Source: a virus. From it: a stretch of DNA of 64,000 nt. The notes under the pieces are model-generated. The model searched no databases. It was not told the DNA's origin and saw only the letters and a list, made by a program, of their open reading frames with translations. Each line of letters starts with the position of its first letter. The stretch's first letter is position 1. Positions 58,191 to 64,000 of the stretch are shown one piece after another. The position numbers and the translations under genes are program-made. The stretch lies in the IMG/VR virus record IMGVR_UViG_3300024255_001088. The stretch is one strand, 5' to 3'.

Positions 58191-58440
58191 GCAGAGTTAT
58201 CATATGTACCGTCACGAGAACAGAAGTGCTGAAGTCTGGAAATCAGAAAATGGTTTTGAAGTAGACTTAATGGAAGATGGCAAACTGATAGAGTGTAGAC
58301 AATTACATACTCATTCAGAATCATATGCAGAGGACTGTGCCGACAATTGGTGTCAAGGTATGTTTAATGTAGAGAAAGACGGAAGTTTTTATGGGTACAA
58401 AGAACGAAATGACAACTTTTATCCTGGCCTAGATGACTAA
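58177..58440 (+). CDS. Hypothetical phage protein
   Basis: HSESYAEDCADNW. Confidence 0.7.
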   Translation: MMMSRQSYHMYRHENRSAEVWKSENGFEVDLMEDGKLIECRQLHTHSESYAEDCADNWCQGMFNVEKDGSFYGYKERNDNFYPGLDD

Positions 58441-58448
58441 ATAATTAT

Positions 58449-58775
58449 ATGATAGAAGTCACTGATATCGCAATTCAAAAACTAGTAGAACGCAATGTAC
58501 CTAAAGTCAGACTTGGTGTGACAGGTGGTGGGTGTGCAGGATATGAATATGTATTTGCAGAAGATATTCTAAGAGAAGGAGACGAAGTATTAGATTACGG
58601 TAAGTTTTCTTTTCTCATAGATGCAAACAGTCAACCATTTCTAAATGGTATGACTTTAGATTATGTTAAAGAAGGATTAAATGAATTTTTTAAATTCTTA
58701 AATCCAAATGAACAGTCCGCATGTGGCTGTGGAGTGAGTGTGCAATTTAATGAAAACAAAATCCGCAAAGGCTAA
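58449..58775 (+). CDS. iscA: A-type Fe-S carrier IscA/HesB
   Basis: GGGCAGYEY, NPN..ACGCGVS. Confidence 0.93.
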   Translation: MIEVTDIAIQKLVERNVPKVRLGVTGGGCAGYEYVFAEDILREGDEVLDYGKFSFLIDANSQPFLNGMTLDYVKEGLNEFFKFLNPNEQSACGCGVSVQFNENKIRKG

Positions 58776-59088
58776 AGGTAGAAATCTACAGAAGTGGGTT
58801 GTCACTAAACTAGTCGAACACCTAAAATTAAATCCAGAAGATATGGAATCAAGACCTATGGGTTCATCTGGCGAAGATGTTATCATGGGTGTGCAATCAA
58901 GGGAGTTCTTCCCATACTCAGTAGAGTGCAAGAATCAAGAGAAGGTTAATATATGGTCTGCCTATGAACAGTCAGAGGCAAACTGTGGTAAGTATGAACC
59001 ACTCGTGGTATTTAAAAAGAATAGAAAGAAACCTTTAATATGTGTTGATGCAGAATACTTTATTAAATTACATGAGGAAAAGGAATGA
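58750..59088 (+). CDS. Holliday junction resolvase-like nuclease
   Basis: SAKAKGRNLQ, GEDV, SVECKNQE. Confidence 0.8.
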   Translation: MKTKSAKAKGRNLQKWVVTKLVEHLKLNPEDMESRPMGSSGEDVIMGVQSREFFPYSVECKNQEKVNIWSAYEQSEANCGKYEPLVVFKKNRKKPLICVDAEYFIKLHEEKE

Positions 59089-59780
59089 AAGTTGTAAAAA
59101 CAAATCCACCAGAACAAGAATATGAATTTAAAAATGAACAACCGGTATTCATGCCGTTTGGTCCTCCTGTATATGTAGACCAAGTATCAGATGAAGCAGT
59201 AGATGAACTAGATAAACTCATAGAAGAACTTAGTGGTAAGATTGAGTTTGATGCATCTAATAGACTTGCAGGTAGAATTAAAAAACAAACAGATTTAACT
59301 GAGTCAATATCATCTGAATTAGCTAATGAACTTATGATGCATTGTGATAGATACTCATATTACGCAACAAATAAAAGCGGAGACTCACTAAGTCTAGATG
59401 GTATATGGTCAAACATACAAGAGGCAAGAGAATATAATCCACCTCACTCACATACAGGTAATTATTCTTTTGTGGTATATTGTAGAAATGATTTAGAGAA
59501 GTTTAAACTAGAAGAACTACAAGACAATGAATATGATTCAGTACATGAAAATGCCGACTATTTTGCTTTGCAGAATCGTAAACTTGCAGGCCTGATAGAA
59601 CTTCAATACGGTGAAGGCAATTTTATGAATCATGATAGATATTGTCATGTGCCTAGTCGTAAAGATATTATTATATTTCCTTCATGGTTGAGACATACAG
59701 TCTATGCACATTACGAAGAGAACGCTGTTAGAATTAGTGTCGCTGGTAATGTTTCAATTATGCAACCAGAACCTGCTTGA
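59085..59780 (+). CDS. 2OG-Fe(II) oxygenase (TIGR02466-like)
   Basis: WSN..EYNPPHSH..FPSWLRHTV..RISVAGN. Confidence 0.85.
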   Translation: MKVVKTNPPEQEYEFKNEQPVFMPFGPPVYVDQVSDEAVDELDKLIEELSGKIEFDASNRLAGRIKKQTDLTESISSELANELMMHCDRYSYYATNKSGDSLSLDGIWSNIQEAREYNPPHSHTGNYSFVVYCRNDLEKFKLEELQDNEYDSVHENADYFALQNRKLAGLIELQYGEGNFMNHDRYCHVPSRKDIIIFPSWLRHTVYAHYEENAVRISVAGNVSIMQPEPA

Positions 59781-59813
59781 CAATTAACCCACTATTAGAG
59801 TATACTAGTATCT

Positions 59814-60656
59814 ATGATATTAATTGATTTTACACAAACTATTATCGCAGGCCTTATGGCCCAACTGAAAAGTAATGATAATGAAATAAACGAATCTATG
59901 CTTAGACATATGATACTCAATTCACTTAGAACTTATCAGAGAAGATATGGTCCTGATTATGGGCAGATAGTACTTTGTACAGATGCAGGTAATACATGGC
60001 GTAAAGATTACTTTCCTTTATACAAGGCGAATCGTAAGAAGTCTCGTGAGGCAGATGATAGAGATTGGACATTAATCTTTGATACACTACAACAAGTTAA
60101 AGAAGAAATAAGAGATAACTTTCCGTACAAGTATTTGTATGTTGAGAAGTGTGAGGCAGACGATATCATTGCTGTCATAGTTAAGAAGTATCACATGGAC
60201 GAAAACATTATGATTGTATCTGGTGATAAAGACTTCCAACAGTTGCACAAATATTGGGGTGTGAGACAATGGTCTCCTAATTTAAACAAAGAGATTGATT
60301 GTCCAGATGCAGACATGTTTTTAAAAGAACATATATTAAAGGGAGACAAGTCAGACGGCATACCAAATATATTATCTAACGATGATTGTTTAGATGCAGG
60401 CATTAGACAAACGCCTTTAAGAAAACCCATACTTGAGAAATATCTCAGGATTAGTATTGAAAATGATGATAAATACTACCGTAATTATTTAAGAAATCAA
60501 ACATTAATTGATTTCGATATGATACCAGAAAAAATAGAAGATGCAATTCTTAGTGAATATTCTAAAGTAGAACCAGTCAAGGGCAAAGTCTTTGACTATT
60601 TACGAACACAAAGATTGAATCAATTAATAGATAATATTGGAGATTTTTCGTTATGA
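59814..60656 (+). CDS. rnh: RNase H / 5'-3' exonuclease (T4 rnh)
   Basis: ILID, YKANR, EADDII, SGDKDF, GDKSDGIPN. Confidence 0.95.
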   Translation: MILIDFTQTIIAGLMAQLKSNDNEINESMLRHMILNSLRTYQRRYGPDYGQIVLCTDAGNTWRKDYFPLYKANRKKSREADDRDWTLIFDTLQQVKEEIRDNFPYKYLYVEKCEADDIIAVIVKKYHMDENIMIVSGDKDFQQLHKYWGVRQWSPNLNKEIDCPDADMFLKEHILKGDKSDGIPNILSNDDCLDAGIRQTPLRKPILEKYLRISIENDDKYYRNYLRNQTLIDFDMIPEKIEDAILSEYSKVEPVKGKVFDYLRTQRLNQLIDNIGDFSL

Positions 60657-61168
60657 CCGAGAAGAAAAGAGGAAGAGGGAGACCTAAGGGTGCCCCAAAC
60701 AAACCAAAGTTAGAACTTATTACAAAAAGGGAAACTTTACAAAAGAATGCTGATGTATTTGAAATACTATGTCAAGCAGAGTTAGTCGCAAAAGACAATG
60801 TAGACAATGCAATAAATGGTCTTCAAGTCTTTGGTTCATCCAATGGTGCAGTACAACCTGTATTGCAGTGGGCATTTAATGACAACATTGTAAGTAAATT
60901 GCCAGAAGGTAAGACACCGTACAAACCAAACGATGCACCAGATAGTGATTTAACTGAATCATCATTAAGATTTGAGTTTAGAAAATTCAAATACTTTTGC
61001 ACCGATGAAATCAAAGGACTTAGAAGAGAGTCTATGTGGATTGAATTGATGGAAAGTATACCTGCCAAAGAGGCAGAACTAATGGAACTAGTCAAAGATA
61101 AGATTTGGCCGTTCAAAAACATAACAAAAGAAATTGCTGAAAAAGCATTTCCTAACGCTAATTTTTAA
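60653..61168 (+). CDS. Conserved T4-like protein with AT-hook-like N-terminus
   Basis: KRGRGRPKG; LPEGKTPY; RRESMWIELME. Confidence 0.75.
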   Translation: MTEKKRGRGRPKGAPNKPKLELITKRETLQKNADVFEILCQAELVAKDNVDNAINGLQVFGSSNGAVQPVLQWAFNDNIVSKLPEGKTPYKPNDAPDSDLTESSLRFEFRKFKYFCTDEIKGLRRESMWIELMESIPAKEAELMELVKDKIWPFKNITKEIAEKAFPNANF

Positions 61169-61180
61169 ATAAATATTAAT

Positions 61181-61258
61181 GTCCGCAGAGACTATACATA
61201 GAATTCTAGGGAAAGTTATAACACTTTCCGATGTATAAACTTTCTAGTCGAGTCGGAC
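61181..61258 (+). ncRNA. Candidate structured 5' leader RNA
   Basis: Nested stems GTCCG/CGGAC, GACT/AGTC, ATACAT/ATGTAT, GGAAAGT/ACTTTCC; starts 5 nt after ATAAATA. Confidence 0.55.
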
Positions 61259-61277
61259 TCCATGGAGTTAAATTATA

Positions 61278-62606
61278 ATGGTAGAACAAACATTCGCACA
61301 ACAACAGGTGACAGAGGAACTTACAGAGTCCGATAGAATTCGTAAAAGAATTACCGAATTCAAATCATCCCTTAACCCAAATGTCTTGGGTGTAATCTCA
61401 TTAATGATTGACAATCAGTTAAAGTCTGGTATGCTTAAGCCTGCTGACTTAGATGCTATTGTTGTTCTTAGAAATGAAATCAACGCTGCTCAAATTGAGT
61501 ACAATACACAAATTCAAAATGCTCAGAAGAGATTAACAGACTTGGCAGAAATGGACCAGGCAGAACAAATCGCAAAACAAGAAGCTGCTATTCAGGCAAT
61601 CAAAGATGGCGAAACTGCTGAGAGACAAAGAAGAAAGGATGCAGAACTAAAACTTGCAAATATGGAAGCAGTTCTATTGTCTCATGGCATTTCAATGGAC
61701 TTAAATGCAGATGGTAAGATTGGTCTTCAATCAGGACAAACTGCAACACAACTTACTGCTGAAGAACAGGCACAAGTTGATGCAATGGTACAAGTAGAGA
61801 AAGACAACATTGCTACTGCACCAGTTCAACCTTCAGAACCTAAAGAACCTTCTCGTGCATTTCAAATGGCAAGAATGGTAAATCCTGTAGTAGAAGAAAC
61901 ACCATTCTCAAACGATGAAGACTTCGTAGAGAAAGTAGAAGAAACTAAGAAGGCATTTAAAGACTTTGTTGCAGAAGAAACAACAACTGAATTCACGCCA
62001 AGTGGAACAACAACAGAATCATTCTTAGACGAAGTAGAAAGAGTAAATGAAGTTGCAGAGGCAGTTGAGGATGAACCGCAAGAAAGTGTAGAAATTGCAC
62101 AAGAAGACGTACAAGAAAGTGTACCAGTAAGACAAGAACTTGCTGATGGTGTTTACATCGAAGAAAGAGAAACACCAGAACCTGCACCATCACCGTCAGC
62201 ACCAGTTATCAGTAATTCACAAAGACCAGATGAACCTAGTTTAGATATTGGTTATGAAGAACCTAAAGAAAGTATTCCTACTTACGACACCGAAGAAGAT
62301 ATGCTTGCAGCTGTTCAAGAAAAACTTGACAATGCAAAAGTCGAAGAAGAAGAAGAATACGAAGAGGTCACTATACCTTCAGAGTCAGAACTTAAGGCAA
62401 TGACTAAGACAGGCATTCTTGCACAAGGCACTATGTTAGATTTTAATTTAGATATTAAAGATACTAAGGCAGTAATGATTGCAAGTTTCTTAACACAAGT
62501 AGATGAGTTTATTGCATCTCTCCAAGAGAGTGGTGAGTTTGTATCTGCTGAAGATGATGAAGGCGAAAATGATAACCCCAATATACAAGACGGCGGTTAC
62601 TTCTAA
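61278..62606 (+). CDS. Acidic coiled-coil / low-complexity protein
   Basis: SD GGAG; Glu-rich; DLNADGKI loop. Confidence 0.75.
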   Translation: MVEQTFAQQQVTEELTESDRIRKRITEFKSSLNPNVLGVISLMIDNQLKSGMLKPADLDAIVVLRNEINAAQIEYNTQIQNAQKRLTDLAEMDQAEQIAKQEAAIQAIKDGETAERQRRKDAELKLANMEAVLLSHGISMDLNADGKIGLQSGQTATQLTAEEQAQVDAMVQVEKDNIATAPVQPSEPKEPSRAFQMARMVNPVVEETPFSNDEDFVEKVEETKKAFKDFVAEETTTEFTPSGTTTESFLDEVERVNEVAEAVEDEPQESVEIAQEDVQESVPVRQELADGVYIEERETPEPAPSPSAPVISNSQRPDEPSLDIGYEEPKESIPTYDTEEDMLAAVQEKLDNAKVEEEEEYEEVTIPSESELKAMTKTGILAQGTMLDFNLDIKDTKAVMIASFLTQVDEFIASLQESGEFVSAEDDEGENDNPNIQDGGYF

Positions 62607-63009
62607 GATAACCATACGAGAAATCGTAAACGCCGAATTATGTCAATCATACGAAGAGACTCTTAATACAAAGAATCTCTTTCGTATTGATTTACCAACA
62701 GAAGTATCAACCATTCTAGGTTGTAGATATCTTGATGACCAATTGTATGATGTTATGAACATCTACAGAAGATATGATAAATTTATTATGTCATTTGAAC
62801 CCCTGCCTTTTGATGCGGCTTCTTATCAATCAGAAATATTCTTTAGACAAATAAACAGTAATCCTAAGTCAGACAATTTTAATGAGGATGATTGTGGACA
62901 GTTTATAGTTGTGCCAAAAGATATGTTCAATGAAGGAGAATATGAAACAGAAATATTCAATGATACTGAAGAAACACCTAGACATATGGTGTGTTCTAAG
63001 ATACAATAA
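62569..63009 (+). CDS. Hypothetical protein
   Basis: Open frame filling the gap; start uncertain. Confidence 0.55.
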   Translation: MITPIYKTAVTSKITIREIVNAELCQSYEETLNTKNLFRIDLPTEVSTILGCRYLDDQLYDVMNIYRRYDKFIMSFEPLPFDAASYQSEIFFRQINSNPKSDNFNEDDCGQFIVVPKDMFNEGEYETEIFNDTEETPRHMVCSKIQ

Positions 63010-63017
63010 ATAAACGA

Positions 63018-63191
63018 ATGGCAATATGGTACTTAAACATGATTAACGAAACTAAAGAATTTAAAAACGAAAGTAGACTTTACAATGAATCTACTACACC
63101 TCAGTCCGAACAGAAAAATACTGGTTGGTACTGGCACTCAGAAAAACGAGAGTTTTTTCGTTGGGACAATCAACCACCCTACTCAAAGTAG
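63018..63191 (+). CDS. 57-aa aromatic-rich peptide (not in ORF track)
   Basis: ATAAATA-N5-ATG; GWYWHSEKREFFRWDN. Confidence 0.55.
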   Translation: MAIWYLNMINETKEFKNESRLYNESTTPQSEQKNTGWYWHSEKREFFRWDNQPPYSK

Positions 63192-63196
63192 TTGAT

Positions 63197-64000
63197 GTGG
63201 AAGATAATAGAAACATTCCAATTACAGCAGTTGACCAATACGATTTCTTAGAACATCGTAGAGAACAAGAAAAGAAACATTGGGAAAGAAACAAGGGTTA
63301 CAAACCTCTCGACTCTATTCTTACAGTAGAAATCAATAGTACCGAACTCTGTAATAGAACATGTGTGTTTTGTCCTCGACACGACCCCAAAGTATTCCCT
63401 AATAGAAATCTACACATGACGGTCAAGGGTGCAACAACGATTGCAGAAGAGTTAGGTGAAAACGGATTTAAAGGTAAGATATCATTCAGTGGGTTTGGTG
63501 AGAATCTACTCAACCCAAACTTCATTGACATTGTACGAGAGTTTCATAATGCATTGCCATATGCCACACTTGAGTGCAACACCAACGGTGATAAACTAAC
63601 AGAAGACTATGCACATAGATTGTATCGTGCAGGTTTAGATTTACTCTACATCAATCTGTACGATGGCATAGAACAAATGGAACACTTCGAGAAGATGATG
63701 TCGAATGTGAGAGAAGACCAATACAAGTATCGTATGCATTGGGGAGACTTTGAGAAACACGGACTCATATTAAACAATCGTAGTGGTGTTGTAGATTGGG
63801 TAGGCATCGAAGATGATAGTATAGAGAATTTAAAAGGTAAGCCTTGTCATTACCCTTTCTACAAAATGTTTGTTGACTGGAACGGTGATGTGTTGTTCTG
63901 TTCTAACGATTGGGGTAGAGAACATGTTGTTGGTAATCTATTACAAGATAGTTTACACGATGTATGGTTCAGTAAACCCATGACAAAGATTCGTAAGAAA
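63197..64000 (+). CDS. Radical SAM enzyme with SPASM/twitch domain (3' truncated by window)
   Basis: Manual translation: CNRTCVFC, SGFGENLL, NTNG, PCHYPF..VDWNGDVLFCSND; GTG start inferred. Confidence 0.9.
   Translation, partial: MEDNRNIPITAVDQYDFLEHRREQEKKHWERNKGYKPLDSILTVEINSTELCNRTCVFCPRHDPKVFPNRNLHMTVKGATTIAEELGENGFKGKISFSGFGENLLNPNFIDIVREFHNALPYATLECNTNGDKLTEDYAHRLYRAGLDLLYINLYDGIEQMEHFEKMMSNVREDQYKYRMHWGDFEKHGLILNNRSGVVDWVGIEDDSIENLKGKPCHYPFYKMFVDWNGDVLFCSNDWGREHVVGNLLQDSLHDVWFSKPMTKIRKK

Noticed and set aside
1-64000. Stop-codon reassignment or alternative genetic code
   Set aside because: Core genes translate full length with the standard code; all three stops are used; no suppressor tRNA

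Overview
This 64-kb window is a segment of a large, AT-rich T4-like (myovirus) phage genome, almost entirely coded on the + strand. A marine host is likely and a gammaproteobacterial (SAR86-like) one is possible, but both are inferences from gene content. Core replication genes are gp43 polymerase, UvsX, gp41 helicase, gp61 primase, NrdA/NrdB/glutaredoxin, RNase H and a resolvase. There are three tRNAs (Gly-TCC, Thr-TGT, Arg-TCT), a lysozyme and a spanin pair. Auxiliary genes include a curli cassette (csgG tail plus two curlins) linked to a FecR protein and a CHASE2 adenylate cyclase, Hsp20, AhpC, IscU, IscA, eight 2OG-Fe(II) oxygenases, a QueC-like protein, a split carbamoyltransferase, a putative DNA-modification operon and a radical SAM enzyme. 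Five signals stand out. (1) A recurrent promoter-then-ATG spacing implies leaderless mRNAs for many genes. (2) A ~13-kb late cluster has T4-type capsid-targeting N-termini and Glu-delimited modular 'polyproteins', next to a ligase-like/NTase/kinase set. (3) The curli-FecR-cyclase cassette contains an overprinted signal-peptide gene. (4) Two hairpin RNAs have two-fold symmetric bulges. (5) The tRNA-Gly has non-canonical D and T loops. All family assignments come from motif recognition by eye; no searches were run.
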